Positions 20,711-31,107 of a DNA stretch of 35,759 nucleotides are shown one piece after another (within the stretch, counting starts at the first letter, position 1; each line of letters starts with the position of its first letter). The notes beneath the pieces are model-generated. The model saw nothing but the letters and a program-made list of their open reading frames with translations. It did not search any database and was not told the origin of the DNA. The position numbers were made by a program, and so were the translations under genes. Source of the stretch: Hyphochytrium catenoides (lineage: Eukaryota; Protista; Hyphochytriomycota); NCBI GenBank assembly GCA_900088475.1, contig FLMG01002198.1:1-35759 (forward strand), read 5' to 3'.

Positions 20711-22206
20711 GGAAAGCGCAGGGCGCCATTGTGGTCGAAGTTTGCTGGGCCCATTCTTTCTTCTTCTGGGCAACTAGTCCCTTCTCTGTCTTGTTTGCCA
20801 TGTGTCTGTTTCTGACTTTATGTCCTGCTGTCTTACCGTGCAGAGCAACTCTCTTTTTGTCCTTTTTAGCCGCGCCCACTTTGCTTCCCTCGCTGTGGCG
20901 GCGAAGCGGCCAATGAAGGGCTCTTCTTCCTCCTGATCATGGGCTAGTAGTCTAGGCTTCTATAGAGGGCGCATGGCCCTTCAAAACCAATAAGAAAGTG
21001 CTGTTGTCTGCGTTCCCCTCTCTTTTCCTCTTCCGATCTCTCACTCTCTCTCCCCTTTTAATCCGCCTTATTGTTAGCTTCGCAGCTCCGCTCTAGCTCC
21101 TCCCCTCCCATGCTCGGGTATCGCCAAATAGGAGCTGCTGGTGAATGCTTTGCTCTTAGTATCCCACAACGTCTCCGTCTAGCGCCCTACGGGCAGGCCA
21201 GCCGGTCTCCATCAGAGCTCATCAGTGAGGAGAAGCTGTGTCTCGGTGGAGCCCTAACAGAAGCCGGGTCGGGCAGACTGAGAGACTCTTGGCATTTCAC
21301 GAGGGCAATGGCATCCTTCTCTTCCCTCTCTTTCTCTCTCTCTCTTTCTGCTTGACGGTTCGTGCTCTCAGCAAACGATAGAAGCAGTTCGATTGCGGTC
21401 CAGGTCTCCTCGGCTGAGGCGAGCTATGGCTAGAGAGGCATCATACTCTCTCCAGTGCACGGAGACATACTTGGTGGCAGGCAAGAGAGACGACAAACGG
21501 GAGAGAGAGAGAATGAGCGAGAAATGAAAAAAGTCATTCATGGATTATTGTTCCTTTTAACAGGCGTCTCAAGCTCTTCGCGTCCCTAACTCTGTACCTT
21601 TGTAGCCAAAGCGAGTACTCCGCCGTGCAGCATCATCGCTCTTCTCTCTCTCTCTCCCCAACTCTATTTGTCACTCTGTGCCTTCTCCATCGCCCGCTTC
21701 TCGTCTGTTAGAACCTCCCTCCTATCCTACCTTGCTGTCTTCGAAGGGTTGGGGAGGAAGTGCGAGAGACACAGTTTCCAATTAACGGATTTTCTCTGGG
21801 AAGATAGATCTCTCCTCTCCATCGCGGCTCTCTACCCTTCCGCTCCCACCTGGCCACAGCGCCATCAACACCTCCTTGATCTTATCTATAGAACTAACGG
21901 TTCTGTCTGTCTCTGTGAGCGGTAACGAAGGACAGAAGAGACAGAGAGGGTGGTGTCATAAACCGGGACAGACAGAGATGAACGAGATGGAGAAATGGAA
22001 TAATAGAACTCAAGAAGGCAACGAGACAGAGCAGGTAAGAGGCTTGCCTGGGTACAGTGTTGCAATTCGCATCTTAGATGGAGAAACGGAATAATATAGG
22101 ATTAGGTTTTTTCGCTAACATTATGTTGGGGCTTGATAGAACTCAAGAAGGCTTGCCTAGACACAGAGAGGGAGAGACAGAGAGAGAGACAGAGAGAGAG
22201 AGAGAC

Positions 22207-22251
<45 letters not shown>

Positions 22252-22255
<4 letters not shown>

Positions 22256-22520
22256 CATGCGAGAGCGTTCAGGAGAGAGAGAGGCAGAGCAGCGGATCAT
22301 CCAAGGTGGAGGGGAGCAAGAGAGGAAGAGAAAGACAAACGGAGAGCAAGAAACAGAGGGAGAGAGAGAGAGAAACTAGAAGAGATACTAAAGGAAACGA
22401 GAGAAAGAAGACCACCCGAGACAGTGTCATGCCTTCCTCTTCATTTTCCTTCAGTCTCTCCTGACTCCTCACAGTGCTGGCCGCCAGGTTGTGGATAATA
22501 ACGTGGAAGAACAGACAAAA

Positions 22521-22596
<76 letters not shown>

Positions 22597-22830
22597 GGGA
22601 GCATGCGAGAGTGTTCAGGAGAGAGAGAGGCAGAGCAGCGGATCATCCAAGGTGGAGGGGAGCAAGAGAGGAAGAGAAAGACAAACGGAGAGCGAGAAAC
22701 AGAGGGAGAGAGAGAGAGAAACAAGAAGAGATACAAAAGGAAACTAGAGAAAGAAGACACCGAGACAGTGTCACGACTTCCTCTTCATTTTCCTTCGCCA
22801 GGTGGTGGATAATAACGTGGAAGAACAGAC

Positions 22831-22840
<10 letters not shown>
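22252..22840. repeat. Tandem duplication, ~346-bp period, units joined through (AG)n tracts
   Basis: GGAGCATGCGAGAG.GTTCAGGAGAGAGAGAGGCAGAGCAGCGGATCATCCAAGGTGGAGGGGAGCAAGAG... begins at 22252 and 22598. Both units end in GCCAGGT.GTGGATAATAACGTGGAAGAACAGACAAAA followed by (AG)n. Confidence 0.88.
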
Positions 22841-22884
<44 letters not shown>

Positions 22885-23479
22885 CTGAAGGAATGCTGAG
22901 GATGATGCGCCGGCGGCTGGGAAGAGAAGAAGAGCAGGAAAAGAGCTCCAGGAAGAGGTAAAGCCATATCTCTTTCCAACATCTCTTTCACGTGAGCAGA
23001 GGAACTTTTACTGAGGAATTCTTGTTCTCTGTCTTGCTGTTCAGTGCTCTCTCCTTCGGCCTCAGAGGCCCAAGTCGTGGACTGACACGTCCTCTCCCGC
23101 CCGCCCTGAGAGCAGGCGGGCAGCTGCCCAAATTTGATGAGCTCAATGCTGCGGCTTCTTTCTCTCTCTCTCTCTCTCTCTCTCTGTCTCGCCCTCTCTC
23201 TTTGTTTAGAAGCTTCGTCTCTTACCAGCAGGCTGCTCTCTCTCTCTCTGTTTCTCTCTGTTTGTCCTCGTTGACCTCCACATCATAGGAAAAGCAAGCT
23301 CTCTGTCGGAGAGAGAGAGAGGAGAGAGAACAGTTGAACAGCTTTTTCTTTTCTGTGAGAAAGGGAGATGATAAGTGTGAAAAGTGTGAGAGAGAGAGAG
23401 AGCACTTCTGTTGGGAGTTAAGGCGGAGCCTCTCCCATAGCTGCGGGTGTACAACTCAGAGCGGCAGGTCATCTCTCTG

Positions 23480-23511
<32 letters not shown>

Positions 23512-24014
23512 TCTTTCTCTCTCTGCTAGCTTCATTCCTTGCTTCCTATGGCCGGCTAAGGGAACCGCGTCCCTGCTGAGCCTGGTACATCATCAGCTCT
23601 GATGACACTCTTGGAAGAGGAACAGGCAACTCGAGCAGGAAGAAGATAAGAGAGAGAGAGAAAAAATAACAAATAGAAGAAGAGGCGCTGCATCTCTCTC
23701 TCTCCTGCCAGCGACTGCTGGGCTGCTGCCGCGAGTCTCTTCGACGAAGATTCTCTTCTTTCATTTCTTCTCTCCTGCTCTCTCTCTCTTATTCCAAAGC
23801 AGATGCTGCTGGCTGCGTCCGTGCTTCTTTCCTTCTGTCTGGCTTCCCTACCTCTGCCTCTTCTGGGGCTCTGTCTGTTACATGTTTGGCTGTCCTCCTG
23901 CCCTTTCAGCTCGCTCACTTCAAGAAAGTGAGAGAGAGAGAGAGAGAAAGTGAGAGAGAGAGAGAGAGAAAGNNNNNNNNNNNNNNNNNNNNNNNNNNNN
24001 NNNNNNNNNNNNNN

Positions 24015-24046
<32 letters not shown>

Positions 24047-24413
24047 AAGAAGGGCAATTCTCATTCTGATCCTTCCCCTGCCCTCATCCGGCGTATCTAT
24101 GGGTCATTTCTAGATAATAAAGACGGTCACAGCCTGCCATACGGCGTATCTTTGGATACAGTGAGACCTTTGTGTAGCCTGTACATAGGAGCAGTTTCTC
24201 CGAGAGCCGCTAACCGCCAAGATATCAATCCAATCTTTTACTTAGAAAAAGGAAAAGGAAGAAAGGAAGGGTGTCGGATTCTTCTCATCCATCCCCTACC
24301 CATGCCTGTATAATCTAATGTTTTTCCCCTGCTTTGGGTAGGGTTTACAGTAAGGCCAGCCCTTTGTGCCTGCTTCCACTTGATGTCGCACCACCTTCTA
24401 GGAAACAATCAAT

Positions 24414-24462
<49 letters not shown>

Positions 24463-25345
24463 CCTCTCTCTCTCTCTCTCCCTCGCTCTCTCTCTCTCTC
24501 TCTCCCTCCCACTCTCACTCACTCTCTCTCTCTCTCTCTCTCTCTCTCGTTTCTCCTCTTGCACGCAAGCAACAAAACCAGTCTTCTAGCACCACCTGCG
24601 TCCTGGCTCCTCCTTTGGCAGCGACCAGCAGCTGCCCCGCCGCAGAATCAGAAGCTTGGAACAAAGAAAGGAGAGAGAGAGAGAGAGAAAGAGAAGAGAG
24701 AGAGAGGAGAACAGAGGCGAGGGAGAGAGCGCAGAGGTGAAACAAGCATAAGGACAAGACGGAAGGGAGAGAGAACAGACCGGTTGCAGAGAGAGAAGAA
24801 GGCGGCCATCGAGTTTCCTAAAAATACGACAGACGTCAGCGCTTTTACCTTCTTTCGCTCTCTCTCTCACTCTCTCTCTCTCTCNNNNNNNNNNNNNNNN
24901 NNNNNNNNNNNNNNNNNNNNNNNNNNNNNNNNNNNNNNNNNNNNNNNNCTCTCTCTCTCCCTTTCTTCCTCTCGTCTTCCTCTCCCTTTCTCTCTCTTTC
25001 TGTATCTATCTCTCTTTGGCTTGTATCTTTCTGTCCCCTCTCCCCCTCCTACTGTCACCTGATGGAACTCTCTCTTGGCCATCCTCTCTCCTCTGCTCTT
25101 CTGCTCTCTTCTTCCTCTTCTTCCACATCTGCCGCCAGAAGCGAAGACGCATCTGCCGCCGCAAGATGTCTACACGCAAGAGAGAGACGGACGAGACTAC
25201 ATAGAAATAAATTAGAGAGAGAGAGAAAGACGTCTCGCCGACGCAGCAAGAGAGAGAGAGAGAGACTGGCTACCAGATCTCCAGCAGTAATAGGAGAGAG
25301 AATAAAGACAGAGTGAGAGAGAGAGAAGAGAAAGAGACAAAAGCC

Positions 25346-26689
25346 ATGGGTCTTTTCAGCCGACATCGCTCTAATAAAGAGTCGGAGGAGGTCAGTGGCG
25401 GGGGAAGAGACGCCGGCTTTGGAGAGAAAAAAGTCGGGAAGAGAGGCGAAGAGAGAGAGAGAGAGCCTGAGGCGGAGCCTATTCTTCTCTCGACGCCTAC
25501 GCCTTCCCCTTTCCTTTATCCTCCTGTCTCTTCATCTTCAGCCCCAGGGCCAGCCGCGGGAGGATCTATCGACAACAACGTCTCTCTCTCTCCCTCTTTC
25601 TCTCCTCCCCAGCAGCAGAAGCAGAGAGTGGTTGTGACCAAGAGAAGAAAGAGACGCTTTCTCCCTCGTCTACGGCCTTCTCTCTCTCCTGCCTGGACTG
25701 TCGCTCTCAATAACTCTGTGAGTTCTACCACGGAGAAAGCTCTAGAGAGAGAAGAAGGCAAGCTTGTCGTCGGTCCTCTCCGTACAACCTCCGCCTTTCT
25801 CTCTCGCGGGAACTATGAAGTGCCGCGTCTTCCTCCCGGACGAGTTCTCTCCCACATCAGAGAGAATCTTCATTATTTTCAGGCGAACTATGTGGCGTTT
25901 GGCATTCTTCTCCTGGGAGAGATGTCTCTCTCTTCTCCTGGCATCGTCATTCTCTTCTTCTCTCTCCTGGGAAGCTTCTTTCTTCTTGACACTTGCTTGT
26001 TTAGAGCTGCGATTGCGTCTTCTTCTTCTTCTCTCTCTCTCTCTTCCTCCCCTCCTCCTCCTTCTTCTCTTCCTCCTGCTCCCTCTTCTTCTCCTCTCTC
26101 TTCTTCTCCTCCCGTTCTCTCTCCCTCTTCCTCTTCTTCTTCTGCGCATTCCGCTCGTCTCTCTCTCGCGAGGAAACACCTGGCAATTGCTCTCGTATCT
26201 CTTGGACTCTTTCTCTATGTCAAATTAGGACTCTGGTTCAAAATTGTCGGAAACTCTTTGGTCTGGCTGACCGTGGTGCTGACTCACGCCACGCTGAGGA
26301 CGCGGAGCTGGAACAATCGGATGAAGAGAGAGAAAGACAGAGTCTTCTCTTCTTCTCCGTCCGTAGCCTCTGAGGTTATTGACTGGGTGTTTGACCGGCT
26401 TCCAACAGGGAAGAGAGAGAGAGAGAATGAGATGCAAGTGTTAATGCAGGAGAGAGAAGACGAGAGGAGACAGATGATGGGCGACGGTGGTGCTTGTCCG
26501 TTGTGCACTGGAGGAGGAGAAGGGCAGGCGGGAGCTCTCTCTCCTGGGGTCGCTTCCTGCCCGCAGTGTATGGCCATGAGGAGAGAGAAAGAGAGAGAGG
26601 ACAGGTCATCCTGTCCGCTCTGTCCTGCAGCAGCCCCGAAAGGGGACGCTCCTGCTGCTGCGTCTCAGGCAGTGGCAGCTGTGGGATAA
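25346..26689 (+). CDS. PRA1: PRA1 family (prenylated Rab acceptor 1 / Yip3-like) membrane protein, 447 aa, with low-complexity extensions
   Basis: ATG in gccATGg context at 25346. PRA1 motifs LRTTSAFL...YEVP...IRENLHYFQANY and VVLTHATLR flank two long hydrophobic hairpins. Unrelated to the fungal zincophore also named Pra1. Confidence 0.82.
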   Translation: MGLFSRHRSNKESEEVSGGGRDAGFGEKKVGKRGEEREREPEAEPILLSTPTPSPFLYPPVSSSSAPGPAAGGSIDNNVSLSPSFSPPQQQKQRVVVTKRRKRRFLPRLRPSLSPAWTVALNNSVSSTTEKALEREEGKLVVGPLRTTSAFLSRGNYEVPRLPPGRVLSHIRENLHYFQANYVAFGILLLGEMSLSSPGIVILFFSLLGSFFLLDTCLFRAAIASSSSSLSLSSSPPPPSSLPPAPSSSPLSSSPPVLSPSSSSSSAHSARLSLARKHLAIALVSLGLFLYVKLGLWFKIVGNSLVWLTVVLTHATLRTRSWNNRMKREKDRVFSSSPSVASEVIDWVFDRLPTGKRERENEMQVLMQEREDERRQMMGDGGACPLCTGGGEGQAGALSPGVASCPQCMAMRREKEREDRSSCPLCPAAAPKGDAPAAASQAVAAVG

Positions 26690-27141
26690 GTTAGTCCCAG
26701 GCAGGCAGCTTGATCCGGCGGATAGAGCAAGAAAGAGAGAGAGAAAGGAAGAAAGAGAGAGAGAGAGAGAGAAGCTTTTCGCGCCTTCTTCCTAAGTAGG
26801 CGCTAAGATCTATGATCCTGTCACAAAGAGTATTATCTGTGCAACTTTTCGCCTTCTCTCTTCTCAAGGGCAGACCACGTTGTTAAAGAATAGAAGAAGG
26901 AGAAGAAGAGTAGGGGGAAAGAGAGATAAATGAGAGGAAATAGAAGAAATGAAGCGGCAGGCACCGTTTCTCTTCGTTGCTATCGTTCCTTTCCTCCTCG
27001 GGCAAAAGCACCACGTAGACAGTATAAAGTGAGATTGAAAAGAGAACGAAGAACAGAGGAACAGCTTTAGTAGGGAGGCAGAGAAGAGAAAGGGGAGAGA
27101 GAGACAGTGTGAGAGAGAGAGAGAGAGAGAGAGGAAGTGAG

Positions 27142-27180
<39 letters not shown>

Positions 27181-27559
27181 TTAGGAACAGAGAGAGAGAG
27201 AGGAATAGAGAGAGACACAGAGAGAGAGGAACAGAGAGAGAGAGAGGAGACAGAGGGGAAAAGAGAGAGAAGACCGATAGAGAAAAGAGCAGAGCGAGAC
27301 AGGTACGGAGAAAGAGTGCGGAAGAGTGTTAGACTGAAAAGCCAGAGACGTCAGATAGAAGAGAAAGAGAGAGAAGGCGATTAGAAGAGAAATGTAAGAG
27401 AGAGAGAGAATCATAGCTCAGTCAGTTAGTCGGATACCGAGAGAGAAGACTAACGTCTAACGCCGTCGAGCAGGAAATATCTTTTGTTTAGCTCTTTCTC
27501 TATTCATGTTGGCCCTCTCCTCCTTTCATTCTGCACATACTGAAAATCTATAATAATAG

Positions 27560-27605
<46 letters not shown>

Positions 27606-27645
27606 TCTCTCTTTCTTTCACTCTTGGAGGACCTCCTAAGGTCTA

Positions 27646-29141
27646 TCATGGTGGGTTCGTGCCCTTCGTATTAGCGACGATCCCTGAACCTCCTCCTCCT
27701 GCTTTTCCCGTGGCCAGATAGCTCGCCTTGATCATCTCCCTCGCGGCCTTCACCGCTCCTTGTCTCTTCTCTCTCTCATCGTTTTCTCTCTCTCCCCAGT
27801 TCTTCATCTTGAGTCCTCTTTGCATCCAGACGCGGAACTGGATGATAAAGAAGCCGAGGATGTAGATGAGGAAGTAAGCGATCACCCGCTGGATAAGAGC
27901 GACAGTGTCTCTCACTCTCTCTCTCAAGAGAGGAATAGGACAGATTGTCCCTGCAAAGTTCGGAACATCATAGAAATCTTCCTGGGAGACAATCAGCCAT
28001 TTCCCTGTCTCTCCCTCTTGAGGAGGCTGTCCCTGGTGCTTGGCTAGCGCTGCCACGCAGGCAGACGCGGAAGTGTCCACCACTTCTCCCGCTCTCTTCT
28101 CTCTCTCTTCGGGTGTCTCTCTCCTCAGCTTGATGATGGAGACGACTCTGACGTCTGCCTCGGCCTTGAAGATGAAAGGATAGACCGTGTAGCTCAAGTC
28201 CGTCACCAAGCTCTTCTTGTCAGCGCTGAAGTCTTCAGGAGAGAAGAATGAGAGGAGAGAGAGCAGGCACGAGAGGAGAGAGAGCAGGCGCAAGAGGAGA
28301 GAGAGCAGGCACAAGAGGAGCGAGAGCAGGCAGGAGCGAAAGAGAGAGAGACAAAGGAGAGGGATGGGCGGAACAAGAGAGAATGACGGAGAGAGTGTGC
28401 GGGTGTATGTGAGGGAGAGAGAGAAGAGGTGGCGAGAGAGAGAAAGAGAGAAGAGGTGGTTTTACATACGAAGAGTAACAGAAAGAGGAGAGGAGAGATT
28501 GGTCACTATGATCACTGGTGGACGGATGAGCTAGAGATAAAGAAGAGAGGTTCACCATGGCGGCACTGACGATAATAGACATAGAGAAAGAGAAAGCGCG
28601 AAGAAGAAGATCGTACGTGAAAGACAGGGTCAGACAGACAGAGCGATGGCACAGGCATTACATGGGAGCAACAAGACAAAGGCAGAGAGAGAGAGAGCAG
28701 ACACAGAGAGAGAAAGAGAGAGAAACAGCGAGACAGAGACCGACAGGACAGAGAAAGTGAGAGAGAGAACAAGCGAGAGAGAGAGAGAGATGGACAGAGA
28801 GATACAGACAGACACGGAACAGAGAAAGAGAGAGAGAGAGAAAAGCGAGAGGGAGAGACGACCAGAGAGAGACAGGCAGACAGACAGACAGACAGAGAGA
28901 GAGAGAGAGAGACTCCCGCCTTACATATATCATTCAGCACGACATCTCCCATGCGATAGTTGCTGGAGGCCCAGGTCGTGTACAGATCTCTGATCTCCTG
29001 CCTTCCCTTGAGGATCATGGCCGGATGCTTGAACTGCGCCTCAGGAGCGAAGAACTGGTCCACGACGCCGCCCACCTGGCGCACATCAGAGGTCAGCAGA
29101 CGCTGAAGGAGGCCGTAGAACTCACTCTCAGGCTTCTCCAT
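27646..29141 (-). CDS. NTF2/SnoaL-like domain protein with C-terminal transmembrane helix; exons 29141-28925 and 28232-27646, ~267 aa
   Basis: Joins two track ORFs via a phase-1 intron (GTAAGG at 28924 ... long CT tract ... GAAG at 28233). The product reads MEKPESE...DQFFAPEAQFKHP...KGRQEIRDLY...LNDIYFSADKKSLVTDLSY...VRVVSIIKL...WLIVSQEDFYD. This is the SnoaL-like pattern (F-A-P-D/E-A-x-F-x-H-P, G-R-x-x-I, I-x-x-Q-E-D-x-Y), followed by VIAYFLIYILGFFII. Confidence 0.78.
28233..28924 (-). other. Spliceosomal intron (692 nt), CT-microsatellite rich, with ~4 copies of a 21-bp repeat near the acceptor (28250-28335)
   Basis: Strong GTAAG donor. The AAG acceptor is the first AG after an extended pyrimidine tract and preserves frame. 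The repeat unit on + is GAGGAGAGAGAGCAGGC(A/G)C(A/G)A. Confidence 0.7.
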
Positions 29142-30454
29142 CTTTGTTATTAAAGCTCAGAGTCTGTCGGAGAGGAGGAGGAGCGAAGAAGAGGAGAGAG
29201 AGAGCTGATAGTCTTTATTTTATCTCTTTCTTTATTGCGACGGATAGCTGAAGGTACTTCGAAGGTGGTTTCTCGTCTCTGCTGCAGACTGCGACTTATG
29301 ATCTGCCTGTCTGCTTCCCAGTGCCTCCTGCCTGAGATGCAGTCCTCTCTCTCTCTCTCTCTCTTTCTCTTTCCTTGTCCCTCTCTTGCTCCTCAAGAGG
29401 GAGGATTGGAACACGCTGCCGTTCCTCTCTTCCTCTCTCGTCGGTCTTTCTCTGGCCTTCTTCCATCGCCCTCGAGTTGCTTCATTTTCTTCAGAAGCAA
29501 CGTGTCAGGAGAGTGAGGCCGCCCTGTCGAAGCGTTTTGGACCTCTATTCACAGATCTAAGATCTTTCTGTGCGGTCTATCTCTCTCCCTCCCTTTTAAA
29601 AAGAATGTTGTCTCTCTCTCTCTCTCCCCTCTCCCTCTCTCTCTCTCTCTCTCTCTCNNNNNNNNNNNNNNNNNNNNNNNNNNNNNNNNNNNNNCACAAT
29701 TTCTCTTCCTGTCTACTTCTCTCTGTCTCTCTCTTCTCCTATCTGTCTGTCTCTCCTCCCTCCTTCTGAACGGTCACTCTCTCTCTCCCTCTCTCCTAAC
29801 GCATTTCTCGTCGCTCTGTCTCCTGCTTGTATCTCCATTTCCTCTTCGTCCCTCTCTCTGCCTCTCTCGATTCTCACTCTGCTCCTCTTTGGTCTTTCAT
29901 CGGCACAGCTCTTGCTCTCTGTCTTTTATGTGCCGTCTCTCTGTGTCCCAATTATTCCCCTGTAACACCTCTAGATGACCGTCTGTCTCGCTGTTATCCA
30001 CCTCTGTCCCTCTCTGTCTCTCACCCTGTGCAGGGTCCACGACAAAGGGTACAAAAGAGCTATTTCTAAACATTAACCGCCCATCTGGTCACCTAACCCC
30101 AAGAAGCATTAGGTGGTGGCCCCTATCTCTCCTCTAAGATATGCCGCCTAATCTTCTTTGTAACGGATGAGAGGTCAGAAGATATATTCGGCTAGCGTGG
30201 CCGAGAATAGTAGGCTTCCTTAATAATGACGGCTGTATGGTTCTATGGATATCGTTGCTGCATCATTTCAAAATCCGAACGTGGGAACGGCGCCCGAAAC
30301 GGTGTTGGCTTCCTTTCACTATATTTGGACGCCTATTCTCTCTCTCCCTCTCTCCGCCCTCTCTCTCTCTTTCTTTCTCTCGTCTGCCTCTCTCATCACT
30401 CTCTTCTACATCTCCCTCTCACTCCTGCCTCTCTCTCTTTCTTTCTCTCTTCTG

Positions 30455-30502
<48 letters not shown>

Positions 30503-30917
30503 CTTTTTGTCTCCCTCTGACGCCAATACAGTACAACGCAGTCCAGATCTCTCTGTCCCTGTAAAAAGCCATCTCAACTTCCGATCTCTGTGCGGAGATT
30601 CTTTTCTCTTCGTGCTTGTCTGTCTCTCTTTTATCTTCTGTTCCTTCTTCTTCCCCCTTTCTTCCTCCTTCTACCTCTCTCTTTCTTGTCTCTTGCCAGT
30701 ATTCCTGAGCCAACCATACACTTCCAATCTCTAGGTCTTCCTCTATTATTCTTCCGCGACTCTTAACACGATTGTTCATCCGTCTCTCTCCCTCTTCTCG
30801 CGCCCTCGCCTTTCTGGTCATTGAACAAACAACGAGCCAGACTCAACAGCGATAAGGAAGTAAGGTCTGAACTCTGAACGGCAGCCAGAGGACGAATTAA
30901 TGCAGAAGAGCTGAACG

Positions 30918-30949
<32 letters not shown>

Positions 30950-31056
30950 CAGCAGAGAATCCTTCTCTTTTTTGAAAGAAGAAAGAAGTAAAAAATTTGT
31001 TCCTATTGACGCTTGTTAAAGTAAGCTAAGCCAAAAATCTAGTCTCGAATGCAAGC

Positions 31057-31106
<50 letters not shown>

Positions 31107-31107
31107 T

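Noticed and set aside
25346-26689. Treating this PRA1 gene as the fungal Pra1 zincophore
   Set aside because: Name collision only. The motifs are those of prenylated Rab acceptor 1, with no signal peptide or zincin-like His motifs.
30190-30270. tRNA-like start GGCTAGCGTGGCCGAG
   Set aside because: Resembles an acceptor stem plus A-box, but no T-loop/B-box (GTTCRA) or closing stem follows.
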